A DNA stretch of 64,000 bases from Octopus vulgaris (taxonomy: Eukaryota). The notes below the pieces were generated by a model. That model searched no databases. It was not told the origin of the DNA and saw only the letters and a list, made by a program, of their open reading frames with translations. This document shows, piece after piece, positions 39,501 to 53,469 of the stretch; the first letter of the stretch is position 1; every line of letters starts with the position of its first letter. The DNA lies in NCBI GenBank assembly GCA_951406725.2, contig OX597832.1, positions 8,370,001 through 8,434,000 of the forward strand, read 5' to 3'. The position numbers and the translations under genes were made by a program.

Positions 39501-40976
39501 CCTAGCTCTCCACTGGTCATTATTTTATTGAAGCGGAAATGATGAAAGCAAAGTCAGTGGAATTTGGTCTTAGAGCCTAAAGAACCGGAAAAATTCCACT
39601 AAGTATTTCATCCAATTCACTGACATTACTGGTAGCTTTCTTGCTTTGAAATACCTCACATAACATTATCTAATGCACTCTTTCTTCAAAACGGTTTGAA
39701 GTATGTTTGAAACTTATATCTGGCAAGCCGAGCTATCCTGTAGAAGACCCCACTCCAGGTTATCTAGTCGGGATTGACGTCTATAGACAACGTGACATAC
39801 CGTAAGGAAATGCAATGAAAACGTTATATTTAGACAGCTCGTTGAAACGCTACGTGATATATTTTACAAAACAGATATATTAAACATTGAGCACTTTCAT
39901 TTAATAACAAACTATCATTTTGTTAATAAAACAAAATCAGAGACAGTGATTTATTCATCACTATTTAAAGAACAAATCAGTAAAGATGGTAGATGCAGCA
40001 ACATAAATGTCGACGAACACGAAATTCCCTCTTGAAATAAATAAATAACTCAAAAAAAAGAACAGCTAAAATTTAGAAAACGTGATGACTTTGTTTTTTC
40101 TCCAAAAGATTTATCTTGCTGATACTAACATTGTTATTTGTAACGAAACAAAAAAAAATCAAAAAGTTTTCAAGAGTTATTAGATAAATAACTGATATTT
40201 AATTAATAATATTAATCAGCTGATGAATGTTCCTTGCATCTTTACGAAAATCATTAAATAAACATAAACTTTTTTAACATAAGATCAGACAAAGCAAAAC
40301 CTTCTGAATTCTCTCGTGAATTGTAGATTTATCTAGTATTTCTGGCAAGGCTTTGACTTTAATTTGCTAAAGAAGAAAAGTTATTCGTGACGTGACACAC
40401 TTTCTATCTTAATAAGATGGTCGATTTGCAAAATAATACGCTGCGTAAATGCACTGCGGTAATTTTGCGTAGTGTCGTTTTAGAATTGGGGTTAATTCTG
40501 CTCATTTCTCCTACATCTCTCTCTGATTTTATCTTTGTCTCCCTCTCACTGTCTCGACTTCTGTACTTCTCTCTCTCCCTTGTTCGTTCGTTCTTGGTTT
40601 CAATATCAACTGCAGCGTGTTGCTGGGGGAAAACACATTGCCAGCTGATTCTACATTACTTTCAAGTAAACAACAGTATTCAAGACTATTGAAAATGTTT
40701 CAAGACGCAACGAAAATTTTAGGAAAATAAAAATAAGAAATAAGTGGAAATTTTACCGGTGAGTGAGTTAAATTATAAGATGCAAAAAGAAAATGACTTT
40801 CCCCAGACACAACAAAAGTATTCTTGCCAACCATAAAAAGAAAAATACTGCAGCAGATATACAAACACACGCACATACACGTGTATATACATATACATAC
40901 ATCTAGTTACACACGCATACGTACCCATACGAATGTACATATGTGCATATATATATACACAAATCAGCATACACAA

Positions 40977-41015
<39 letters not shown>

Positions 41016-41194
41016 GTGCATAGATTCGTACATAGATCAAGATACGCACGTACGTGTAAAACCAGATAACACACACGCACGCACATACACACGTGTAAAA
41101 TACAGTCGCATATACACATAAATATCTCTATATATATATACACACACACACACACGCGCGTATACACACATATGTATATTAATATTCTTTTATT

Positions 41195-41322
41195 ATTCGT
41201 TTATTTGTTTCAGTCATTTGACGGCGGCCAAGTTGGAGCACCACCTTTGGTCGATCAAGTCGACTCTAGGACTTATTCTTTGTAAGCCTAGTACTTATTC
41301 TGTCGGTCTCTTTTGCCGAACC
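41195..41322 (-). mobile_element. Major SINE tail fragment, cut off by the Penelope remnant
   Basis: TTTCAGTCATTTGACGGCGGCC...TTTTGCCGAACC. Confidence 0.85.
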
Positions 41323-42065
41323 AATGCCAAACTTTTCTCTAGAACAACGGACGCAAGAGTCGTGAAGTATGGTCGCCCTAATTGCAGAACATGTCCCAAT
41401 ATGTTGGAAGGTTCGGAATTCCATTTCAGACAAGGACAAATATTCGCAAATCAAATCTAACTTCACTTGCATCTCCCAAAACCTCATTTATGTAATCAGA
41501 TGCCCGGCCTACCATGGAAATTTTATTAGCACAACAGGAAATTCGTTCCGTAAGAGATGTACTGTCCACAGACAACAAATTTTCTCCCCACAATATTGCC
41601 AAATATACCCCAATCACCACATTGACGAATGTGCAGAACAATTACAACTACAATTAGAAATTTTCACATTTTATCAATTTGCCTTCTTGATCTCAAGACA
41701 AGCAAGACTGAAAAAAGAGGCCTCATTTATCCAAAAATATAAACCAGAATTAAATATGAGCCCATATTAAAAATAAAGGCCTTACCCAATCCAATGGAAT
41801 ATGTAAACCAGAATAAAGCAGTGAACAGGAAAAAAATAAAACAAGTGCACATTTACCTCCATTTACTGCAAAATGAGTGACCAATTACCTCCCACATCAA
41901 TATTTTTCCCCCGTAATAAATTATTTCTTTTAACACTCAGTTTAATGAGCAATGCAAAACCAGTCTTTATTTCAATTATGTTGAAAGAACAAAGCCTTAT
42001 TTTGTACAAAATTGTATATCTTCATTATCATCGCTCTAATATACACTTAAATCCTGTAAAACACA
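41323..42065 (+). mobile_element. Penelope-like element 3' remnant (GIY-YIG endonuclease + 3'UTR)
   Basis: GRPNCRTC, then FTCISQNLIYVIRC..FISTTGNSFRKRCTVHRQQI..RLKKEASFIQKYKPELN (ORF 41369..41770). Confidence 0.85.
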
Positions 42066-42117
42066 TCTTCTATGCTTTTTCATCTTTTCTCTCAGTCTCT
42101 CTCTGTTTCTGTCTTTT

Positions 42118-42151
<34 letters not shown>

Positions 42152-42191
42152 CATATATATATATACATACATATAAGTATGTATACATACA

Positions 42192-42255
<64 letters not shown>

Positions 42256-42399
42256 TATATGAATGTGCATATATTTCTATATAAATACTTAAATGACGCA
42301 GCTAAATGTCAGAGTTTCACCGAAAAGTAAAAGAATATATGATATTATCTATGACTGAGGGTGTTAGAACACCTACATAGCTGCAGATAATAGGTGCAG

Positions 42400-42559
42400 G
42401 GCTCTGTTGCTGCTGTCAACTCACATATAATTGCATAGATGCACGCCGGCAGGGACCGCAGATGGCCAGAAATAGACCACTGTGATATCACGGTGACCAA
42501 TTTCCAGCCATCCACGGTCCCTATACAATTATACGTGGTTTGACAGCAAAAATATAGCC
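42400..42559. repeat. Loopless imperfect palindrome of ~160 bp
   Basis: Centred on GTGATATCAC; inner arms match 28/36, outer arms 21/25. Confidence 0.9.
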
Positions 42560-42668
42560 TATTAGCTCTTATTTCTAGCAGTATAGGTTTTCTAACCCAG
42601 GAATATTACACGTATGTATGTATGTATGTATGTATGTATGTATGTATGTATGTATGTATGTATCTATC

Positions 42669-42708
<40 letters not shown>

Positions 42709-42733
42709 CATATATATGTATCTTAATATGTAT

Positions 42734-42817
<84 letters not shown>

Positions 42818-42887
42818 GAGAGAGAGAGAGAGAGAGAGAAATACAATAAGATGCTTCCCCAAAATTTCTTATTACCATATTGTTATT

Positions 42888-42939
<52 letters not shown>

Positions 42940-43349
42940 GCACACACACTCACAGGCACACATATAAATGTCCAGTGTTCCCTATGTTGAATATTTATTT
43001 CTGCAATTAAGCGAAGCGAGGATTTATGTATTGAAATTATATTCAAATTTATATTATTAGTGCTCATAAATATAATTTAGAACAAAGGACATCGCAATTT
43101 AAATTTCAAGTAAAATATTTTTAGCTTGCTTTTTTTCCTGCTGCGTATTAGCCACATATACCACTAAGTGGCTAACATTAACATGAAAATAATGAATCTA
43201 AATATTTTGAACAAACCATTTCCCCAAAATAATCTTCAACAATTGTAAAATAACTAATTCTGGCACGACAAAAATGTACGCCTATATTATTATGAGGATG
43301 CTCATATTTTTGTTTAAAATACGTTTTTATTCTTGTATGTTTGTATGTA

Positions 43350-43431
<82 letters not shown>

Positions 43432-43433
<2 letters not shown>

Positions 43434-43790
43434 CGCAGGAGTGGCTGTGTGGTAAGTAGCTCATTTACCAATCACATGGTTCCGGGTTCAGTCCCACTGC
43501 GTGGCATCTTGGGTAAGTGTCTTCTACTATAGCCTCGGGCCGACCAAAGCCTTGTGAAAGAAGCCCGTCGTATATATGTGTATATATATATATGTGTGTG
43601 TGTGTGTATTTGTGTGTCTCTGTTTGTCCCCCTAGCATTGCTTGACAGCCAATGCTGGTGTGTTTATGTCCCCGTTACTTTGCGGTTCGGCAAACGAGAC
43701 CGATAGAATAAGTTATGGACTTACAAAAGAATAAGTCCCGGGGTCGTGTTGCTCGAGTAAAGGCGGTTCTCTAGCATGACCGCCCTCAAA
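43432..43790 (+). mobile_element. Major SINE
   Basis: GGCGCAGGAGTGGCTGTGTGGTAAG head through tail. Confidence 0.92.
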
Positions 43791-43799
43791 TGTCTTGTT

Positions 43800-44320
43800 G
43801 TCTTCCACATTTGTGGTACACTTCCGTTGGGTCTACTTTAGGAACACCGCAGTGGCAGTTAGGGTAATAGTAATAATTAATAGTAGGAGATGGATTTCGT
43901 TCTGAGTGTGCTGTCCAAGTAGACAAACTTGTTTACCGCTTTCAGAATTGTTCCTTCAACCAAAATAGCTGGTTCCACATATGGATTTCCTGGTGCAGGC
44001 TGCAGCATTACAACAGCCTTATCCAAGCTAATGCTGAGTCCAAATGCCTTGCAAGAAGCTGAAACACGATTCATATGTATGTGCATGTCATCCGACTAAA
44101 TCACAGTCACCTGCATAAAGAGGGTCATGATTAAGAGACTGGAAAACTTTAAAATTTAGAGAAAATTTAAAATTTAGGTGTGGAGTAAAGAGGATAAGAA
44201 AGTATGGATCTTGTCCAGGTATTCACGGTTAATGTTAGTATTGGCAAGGCAGGACCCATTTCTGTAGAGAATGGTGTCAAGCAGAATGACATCCTTACGG
44301 TCTTATTTTAAGTGCAGTCT
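43800..44320 (-). mobile_element. RTE-clade RT remnant with inverted upstream piece
   Basis: Minus: YAGDCDL..MNRVSASCKAFGLSISLDKAVVMLQP..VNKFVYLDSTL. Plus 44230-44310: VENGVKQNDIL. Confidence 0.75.
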
Positions 44321-44329
44321 GTTCGCTAT

Positions 44330-45545
44330 CTTAGTTTATGATTATTAATCCTAGGAATGTGGTGTTCTATATTTAATGAGTTAGCATCGGACAGTTTTAT
44401 AATGTGAAGGTGGAATATTTTGCTGTACTCTCCGTTATTAGGGAAGGAAGGATTGAGTGAAGAGTAAAATTGTTTCTGATCTTGGATGAGAAGTTTGAGT
44501 CCCAGATTGGGTTATACCAAAGGACATCAGGCTTTTGTATTTTCTGTTAGGTCTGTTTGTTCGAGTGCATGGCGTTGTGTTGGGATTTTGCAACGTTATG
44601 GGTTTAATGTGTTTGTGTTGATAGTTTTCTCTAAGCATAATCTAAAAATACACGATAGGACTGAACCTTGTGTACCACGAAAACGTCGAATAAAACTGAA
44701 AGACCATAAACCTGATTTTAGGATTGCTCCTTAAGTTAGCCTAATCTGCCCCTCGAAATTGGACCTTGGAAGGATTGGTAAGACGATAATCAATAGGATT
44801 ATGCCTAAACTTATATCTAAAAGCACTTTTGCACTGTGGTCTGACATACAACACGCAATCGGGTGGTTTAATCATCTACAAACTAATCAACACAGTAAAT
44901 TCATTCAATTAGACATCTAGGAGTATTACACCATTAACCCTATTTCTCTTCTAGAAATATTTCTGATCTTTCTACATACGAAATTGACATAATATTAGCC
45001 GCGCGTGGAACCCTAGTAGATTTTGATAATAAACTATGGAACCGGTCTGATGCTCTAAATATGTTTGATATAGCTATGGGAACATCTGATTCTGCAGAAA
45101 TAACAAACCTCGGTGTTACAGCCATCCTAACCCAGATACAATTATATATTCTAGCAATGAGTGGACGTCGGTACAGAACGACATATTATTCTTCATATAT
45201 AAATGCAGTAAAGTACAGCGAGAAAAATATAATAAATATTTGCATATGTTTTTTTTTAAATTTCGGATTCTCTATCACCATAAATAGCGAATACCGTAGA
45301 TAAACTTTTTTAGACGCTACTTTCGATTTGGGTACTGGTCTACACGAACAGTTTCATAAATCCTATGGGAGATTCTTAACTAGGGGACTAGTTAAGGATA
45401 TCCCGGCCAGAATGTCTAGATTATCCGCGAACGAGAATATATCCAACAAACTCGCAACCTATTATAGAACTGCCCTAAGGCCGGTTACCATAGGAAAATA
45501 CAGTACACCCCAAGTAGTAGTAATAAAAATGATAACTCTAATAAC
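44330..45545. mobile_element. Penelope-like RT remnant in two oppositely oriented pieces
   Basis: Plus 44670-45545: LKDHKPDF, LICPSKLDLGRIGK, FIQLDI, FDIAMGTSDSAEI, FLDATFDL. Minus 44330-44650: VLWYNPIWDSN, YSKIFHLHIIKLS (post-RT region). Confidence 0.85.
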
Positions 45546-45846
45546 TAAGTAATAGTATGTATCATAATAATCCTGATGTATATATATATGTATGAATATA
45601 AATATGTATGTATATAAATACGTACGTATGTGTATGTAAAAGAATATATATATATGTATAATAAGGGTGTGTGAGTGTTTGTCCTCGTGTGTGTATGTAT
45701 CTGGGTCTATGTATGTATCTGCAAGCATCTTTATGTATCTGTGTATGTGCATGTATATATATATATATATATGAGCGTGTATGTATATATATATATATAC
45801 ATATGTATATATATATATATATATAAGTATATATATATATACATAA

Positions 45847-45911
<65 letters not shown>

Positions 45912-46189
45912 TGTGTGTGTGAGTGTGTGTGTGTGTATAGGCACGAACATAAAACAACTCGTCTAAGTATTAATCTTCCTTTCTCCTACGTTCTTTTCCC
46001 TTTAAGCAGTTACGACAGCGAAACCTGTTTAGGTTAATTTATTTGAACTGGAACGCATGGTTTCCGCGTTCATATCTGATTTTTTTGCGTTTCTATAATG
46101 TTATTTACTTTTATTCATTCCCGAACTTGATGATCATATAACAACAAGCCAGCCGACACTGAAGGTTCTAGTGAGACTCCTTTATCAAT

Positions 46190-46234
46190 GTACCTGAAAA
46201 GACCCAGACACATGGGTTGAAACATATGTTGTAC
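46190..46234 (+). ncRNA. Decayed minimal hammerhead motif (G8A)
   Basis: GUAC-CUGAAAA-GACCCA(gacaca)UGGGUU-GAAA-CAUAUG-UU-GUAC, followed by AATAAA. Confidence 0.6.
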
Positions 46235-46286
46235 CTAATAAAAGTCTAATAAGAAATTAATCACCTACTGTTATATATATATATAT

Positions 46287-46388
46287 ATAAATGAAAGAAT
46301 GGAGTTGAACGACGAATTAACAAAATTCATTTATTTCTCATTGTTAATCATTTGTTAATTCGTCGTTCAACTCCATTCTTTCATTTAT
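46287..46388. repeat. Perfect 38-bp inverted repeat with 26-nt spacer
   Basis: ATAAATGAAAGAATGGAGTTGAACGACGAATTAACAAA and its exact reverse complement at 46351-46388. Confidence 0.95.
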
Positions 46389-46539
46389 TTGTATTCAAAA
46401 AAACACACGAATTTACACACGATAGCACGTGATCTCTGCCCTAGGCATGTAGCTTCAACCGTGTTTTTCTGACGTAACTTTGCTACGCAGGTATCGGTTA
46501 ACCGAATTATCCATAATAAGATAATTCATTCAACTACTC

Positions 46540-46617
<78 letters not shown>

Positions 46618-48395
46618 TTGTGTGTGTGTGTGTGTGTGTTTATTTCTATATACCCGATGTTTCTGAATTGTCCTGTCCCTCTACAATTATAATGAGAGTA
46701 AAGCCCGGTAATCGAGCTCAAATCCTTACTCATTCATATCTACTTGCTTTTGTTCTGTTTTAAGAATAATCATTGTCTTTCTCAGTTGTATATTTATATT
46801 TAGACCTTCCTTATTAGTTTACTCTTTTAGTCAACAACTTGTAGTTACGTATTTATTTCTGCCAATAACTGTTATATCATCACCCTACCTTCTATATTAC
46901 ATGTTCATGCCACTGACTGAGTCCTCAGATGCTATTTGGATCTCTGAGTACGTATTTTCTGAATATATCTATTACATACGATGATAATATACCTCGTTGT
47001 CTCACACGTCTTTTCATCTTCACTGCTTCTGATAATTTGTTATATTTTGATGGCTGCATTTTCGTTTTCGATATAACTCACATATGATTTTGATGTCCTT
47101 TCGTCTGAGCTGGAATTTTGTAGGGAGGTGATGTGTAATCTCTGATGCACGCGGTGAAATTCTTTGGCTCCTAATCCTGTATCTAGCTCTTGTCTAGATC
47201 CACTGATGCATCAATGTACGGAAGTGGCCACAGCCTGTTTCCTGGTTTCGACTGAATAGCTAAACTACGTGAGCGTACTCAAGAGTCGAAAAGTCCGTCC
47301 TAAAATGCGTAAAACTTGGGCCGGCAGAGAATATAGAAGAACCACACAAGTCAATAGACTTGAAGGTGTTATAGTGAAAAACGTGATATGTCATAAAACA
47401 GTGTGAGTAGAGATACCGATAGGAACTTTGGTGAATCCTCGTCAAAGGGATTCGGACCACGTCAATAAATGAGTTATAAAGTAAATAGAAACAACCAGTA
47501 ATATAAGGGAATCGGATTCCATAGAGGATGATTTTGTTCGAAATTAAGGGCAAGAGACACTTCAACAAGATAATGGGGAGACGTCTAAATCAAAAAGGAA
47601 AGTTATCTTCGTAAATGACATACCTGAAATCATGCAGGAAGTGTCTCACACCGTAATTAAGTGCCCCAATTATACGCTTAACTTGTAAACATGTAACCGG
47701 CTGCCTTGAAGTGATGCATTGAATGAATAGTCGATATCATGGCATTACCTGTCGTGTAACACGAAGAAAATAATGGATACACTAAAGAAAATCACAAGAA
47801 TAATGTAATTTTTGTAGTGTTTATAAGTTGGTTATTGAAAGTCGTATGTTGTTGAAATGTCGCAGTTAGCCAACGGCGAATTGGTGTCAGGGTGTAGGGA
47901 TGAAATTCCTTGTTTTATTCACTTATTCTTCTTGTATATTATTCACCTTTTATTTAAGCCAATGGGGCTACTGTTTACAAACGGTGAAGCAGGAAACGCA
48001 CATTTATTTGATGTTTTACACTTTTGACTTTAGCATTATATATCTAAAGTAAATAGCGTATAGGCCATTTCATCTTAATTTCCAGCATGTTTGTGTTTGT
48101 ATACCTACTTTCTTTTTTATGTTGTCAATGTCAACAGGGCGCTTCGCGTGATTTCAAGTTTTGTGTGAACATGCGAAAAACAAAAGAAAAACATAAAAAG
48201 TAAACGAACCCGAACTAAAAGTACGAAGTTAAACTTATTGCTATTTACCCTCCAAATACAAATGTTCATTGTCTGAAAGTTGTGATTCGTTGGCTTCTCA
48301 CCGAGAAATGTTGAAATTAAGGTAGTAGATATACAATCTCGTCTTTTCTCTCCCTCTGCAGACGTAAATCACACAAAAAGCGTTAAGATGGATGA

Positions 48396-48414
48396 ATCTA
48401 TCTATCTATCTATA

Positions 48415-48505
<91 letters not shown>

Positions 48506-48521
48506 TTATCTACCTACCTAC

Positions 48522-48588
<67 letters not shown>

Positions 48589-48635
48589 CCTACCTACCTA
48601 CCTACCTACCTAGCTATCTATCTATCTATCTATCT
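48396..48635 (+). repeat. (TATC)n/(TACC)n microsatellite
   Basis: Direct read. Confidence 0.97.
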
Positions 48636-48694
48636 GTGTCTCTGTCTATATGTCTGTCTGTCTACCTGTTTGTCTGTATGTCTGTCTGTCTACA

Positions 48695-48750
<56 letters not shown>

Positions 48751-49459
48751 TGTGTGCGAGTTTGTGTGTGTTTGTGTGTGTATGCTTATGTATATACATT
48801 TATATAAATCAAATACATATATACATATACTTACATAGACATTCACATACACACACCCATATATAGGGAGAATGAGAGTAGAGGGACAGAAGTAGACACA
48901 AATCATTCATATACTATACATGCTGATATATTGACACATATCGCATACATGGTTTTGTACTTCTGTGTATTTCCTTCGTTTCATGTTTCTGAGTTAAATT
49001 GTCTTGATTTGCACATTTGTTTCGTGCCGCAGTTATATCAGTATGGAATCATGACAGTGCCAATAACCAAAAGGCAAAACTACCAAAAGATTCAAGAATA
49101 CAATTTACGAGAATATAGAATACGAATTTCTATGGCTTGTATATCGTGTTCAAAGATGAAGGCAATTATATTCTGAGTTAAATGTGTTTATTTGCGCATA
49201 TGGTGACCTCACTACAGGACTGCACCTATTAGTGGAGCAGGTTCCAAATAGCCTTCAGCCTTTTTCATAAATGAATACTAATTAAACGGGGAAGGCAAAC
49301 ACATTAGCGTACACATACGTACAGTAACATGAGCATACACACACAGACACAAGCACACATAGACACAAGAATACACAGACACAAGCACACACAGACACAA
49401 GCACACACACACACAAGCACACAGACACATATATACATACATATAAGCATACATACACA

Positions 49460-49509
<50 letters not shown>

Positions 49510-49565
49510 CGTAAAAACATATAGTATGTATGTGTACATTTATATCTGCATATGTATGTGTGTAT

Positions 49566-49632
<67 letters not shown>

Positions 49633-49849
49633 TAAATGTATAAATATACAAATATATATATACATATATAGGTATGTAATATTTATAAGTGTACATCTAT
49701 ATTTATATGTGTATATAAGTGAATATATATACGTACATATATGTGTGTGTGTTTGTGTGTGTATAAACGTATGTCTGATATACATGTCCATGCTGTCTTA
49801 TAAACATGTGTTTGCATATATATACATGTGTATTTATATGTTCGTACGA

Positions 49850-49901
<52 letters not shown>

Positions 49902-50514
49902 ATATATATACATACATACATATATACACACACGGGTACATATGCACATGTATATATTTATATATGTATATGTGCGTGCGTATATGAGAAGGATGCGAGG
50001 AATGTGTACGAGTAAGAAGGAGATTTGTAAATATGTGTGTGTGTGTGTGTGTGTATAGATATATATGGAAGTGAATGAGGAAACATTGTGGCTTGACTTG
50101 TGATCACATTGAAATGAGTTTAGAAAGCAGTTTTCCAAATTAGAATGCGGTAGGCTCTTTTTGTGATTTCTATGTAATTGTCTTGTGAAGAGTCTTTGCA
50201 AAGCCGCCGCAGTGCTGTTACAAAGAAGGTGTGAATATTTCAAATTCAATCGTCGTTCTTTTAATCATATTCCCTTGATACCAAATCTGAAAGTACTAAA
50301 ACATCCGGTAAGTTGCAAACAGCAATAATCATTTAGAAATTTCACGAATAAATAGAAAGGTTTTGTATGGCATACAAATGACTAATCTAGTTGACCTATA
50401 AATATCCATTCAGAGACACATAGACACAAACACACACCTATGCATATAACACGGACACACACATATACGCATACATGACATACGGTATGAATGTGTACAT
50501 GTGATCTATATGTA

Positions 50515-50577
<63 letters not shown>

Positions 50578-50612
50578 ATATATATATATCTATCTATCAA
50601 TCTATCTAACTA

Positions 50613-50674
<62 letters not shown>

Positions 50675-50750
50675 AATACATACATATATATATATATATA
50701 TATCTCAATACATACATATATATATATGTGTGTGTCAGTGTGTATGTGTA

Positions 50751-51110
50751 CTGGGTGTCCCAAAATTAAGGCAACAACTCTTTCTCCAATTTTGTCAAAG
50801 CAAAATATTGTTATATTTCGGGTCCGAGCGTTGCGATGCAATGGTAAAGGAAACAAAATTATGACACTACAACATTTATTCCATATGACCACCTTTGTTT
50901 CGAACCACAGCCTTAAGTCTAGGTGCAAATACTTCACACCCGGCACGCAGCCGTTCTTTTGGGGTCGAAGCCATTCCTGGCGCAGTTTTTTTCTTAAGAA
51001 TGTCGAGCGAAGCATGATGAGTGCTCGAGACCCTCTTCTCCAATATGCATCTGAAAGAAGATTCAAGCGTGTTTAGCACGGCGCTTCTTGTGAGCCATAC
51101 ATCCTTAACT
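50751..51110 (-). mobile_element. Tc1-like transposon 3' end
   Basis: TA|CTGGGTGTCCCAAAA TIR; ORF 50876..51079 LEKRVSSTHHASLDILK..RLKAVVRNKGGHME. Confidence 0.8.
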
Positions 51111-51278
51111 ATGAACGGTGGAATTTTTATTAAAAAAAAATAATTAGTATAACACTACGATCATTTTTTTAATAATTTTGATATATATTTAAAATAATAT
51201 AAATAATTAATCTTATGTATTGGCTTGAGTTTTTTTTCATTGTATGATTTGCCTAATAGTGGTTTTATCTCTAATTTA

Positions 51279-51340
<62 letters not shown>

Positions 51341-51584
51341 CTTCGTATTTTTTGTTGTTTACATTTTGTGACGTTCCGTGCCCACATATGCATATGTATA
51401 TACGTATTCATCTAAGTATGTACGTATACGTATGTATATATACATATATATATTATTTATATTATATATATGCATACATATATATTTATATATATTTATA
51501 TTAATATTCATCTACCGTACGGTACCTTACCTGGCCCGACGTAACGGCCATCCATGTTTGTTTATATATATATATATATAGGGA

Positions 51585-51755
51585 CAGTATACGAAAAAAA
51601 CAACGAAGACATGTGGTGTACAAAAAAGAGAAATGTATTAGTATAACGCTCAGGAATAGAAAACATTTTTAACGTTTCGAGCCTACGCTCTTCTACTGAA
51701 AGGAACACAGAAAACAAAGAGAGAAAAATGAGAGAAAAAAATCTGTAGTGGCTAA

Positions 51756-51758
<3 letters not shown>
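51585..51758 (-). mobile_element. Penelope-type terminal repeat between (TA)n tracts
   Basis: Homologous to 4090-4266; decayed hammerhead core at 51666-51703. Confidence 0.6.
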
Positions 51759-51813
<55 letters not shown>

Positions 51814-52856
51814 GTGTGCGTGTGTGTGCGCGCACGAGTGTGTTTGTGTATTTGTGTGTGTGCATGTATGCAGGTGCGTGCGCAAAAACGTATCTGTGTG
51901 CGCATCTTCGTTTTTCTGTTTTTCCCCACCGACCAATTGAAAACTGGTGTTCGCCTGTTTGCATCGCCGTAACTTATCAGTTTCGCAACGGGAACCGTTA
52001 GTGTATGCAGCAGAACCTACACATCCATATGGGTTTAAATTTGCACGACCACACCATTCAAGTTGGTGCCTTAGCATAGCCACCGTCCAATAAATAAGGC
52101 TAATGTTTAATATGCGTATCAGCTCTGCAAATAGCTATGTCTCGGCTAATGCTTCCAAATTAAGATTAACTCCAGTGTTGAACAAAGTCGAGAAATGTAC
52201 GTAAAACTACCGTAAATTAATTTAGAGAGATTGAAAGAAAACGTAATGATTTTCTATTAATTTGAAGCTTCTTTATTGTGACTAACGTCGTTTTCGATTC
52301 ATTTACTTGGTTTCAACTCGATGAGATTCGTGTCTAAGTGGTATTTTTTTCTTTTCAACAGAAGTATCTACTTATTGCAGAAATTGCACATGCCTGAGGA
52401 TTTCCAAAATCATCTGTATAGCCAATGTAATCTACAAGAAAACTCATTGTTCCAGTGTTTACAGTTAGTGTGGCTTTTGTATTGTGTATAACGTCTATTT
52501 AAATCCATGCTGTACATTGTCGGAGTTCTAACCAACATTATGATAAATGAGATAAGTCGTGGTGTACTGAATGATATATGCCAAAAGCTCTTAATTAGGT
52601 GAAATTTTGACGATAGCCTGATGAAGATAAAAATCTAGCGTCTCTAAAGCGAAAGTAGAACAGAAAAGAATTTCAAGAAACACATTATCTTTCAAAATTA
52701 CTTTAGTTAGAAAAAAACACGACTATATTTGCAAGTAAATGAAAACAATGGACATGACTGGGTCTATTGCACTTAACTCGATATAGTCAACTTCATAACG
52801 ATTAGATATACTTCTATTTCGTGCTTTCTGAATTTCTAGAAATTATATAGTCTATT

Positions 52857-53248
52857 ACTCTCTTACTTATTTCAGTCATTTGACTGCGGCCATGCTGGAG
52901 CACCGTCTTTAGTCGAGCAAATCGATCCCAGGTCTTATTATGTGTAAGCCTAGTACTTATTCTATCGATCTTTTTTGCCGAACCGCTAAGTTACGGGTAC
53001 GTAAACACACCACCATCAAGCAATGTTGGGGATAAACACAAACACATAAACATATACACACACAAACATATATACATAAGTATATACGATGGGCTTCTTT
53101 CAGTTTCCGTCTACGAAATCCACTCGCAAGTGTTTGGTCAGCCCGAGGCTATAGTAGAAGACACTTGCCCAAGGTGCCACGCAGTGGGACTGAACCCGGA
53201 ACCATGTGGTTCATAAGCAAGCTGTTTAACACAGTCACTCCTTCGCCT
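52857..53248 (-). mobile_element. Major SINE, full length
   Basis: Reverse complement of the complete unit. Confidence 0.9.
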
Positions 53249-53469
53249 ATATCTAATTATCTCCATTTCTTATTTGTGGATGGTGTTAGTGGTGGTGATT
53301 GAGAGTGTGTGTGTATTCGTTATTTGCGAAGTAAGTGTTATTTCAAAGTAGAAATTCTCTATAACATACTTAACGTGGATATACAGTTGAAAGTAACACA
53401 TCAGCGGCATTCATCTCCAGAAATCATCTTATGTTAAGAAACTTCACCATATACTTCTGTTTTCAGTTA

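Noticed and set aside
40417-40692. Hydrophobic 91-aa ORF
   Set aside because: Hydrophobicity comes from a CT-rich tract; no homology recognised.
43432-43505. tRNA-like A/B boxes
   Set aside because: SINE head, not a tRNA gene; it continues into the SINE body.
45995-46036. GCAGT-TACG-ACAGC-GAAAC hammerhead-like segment
   Set aside because: No CUGANGA upstream; too decayed to call.
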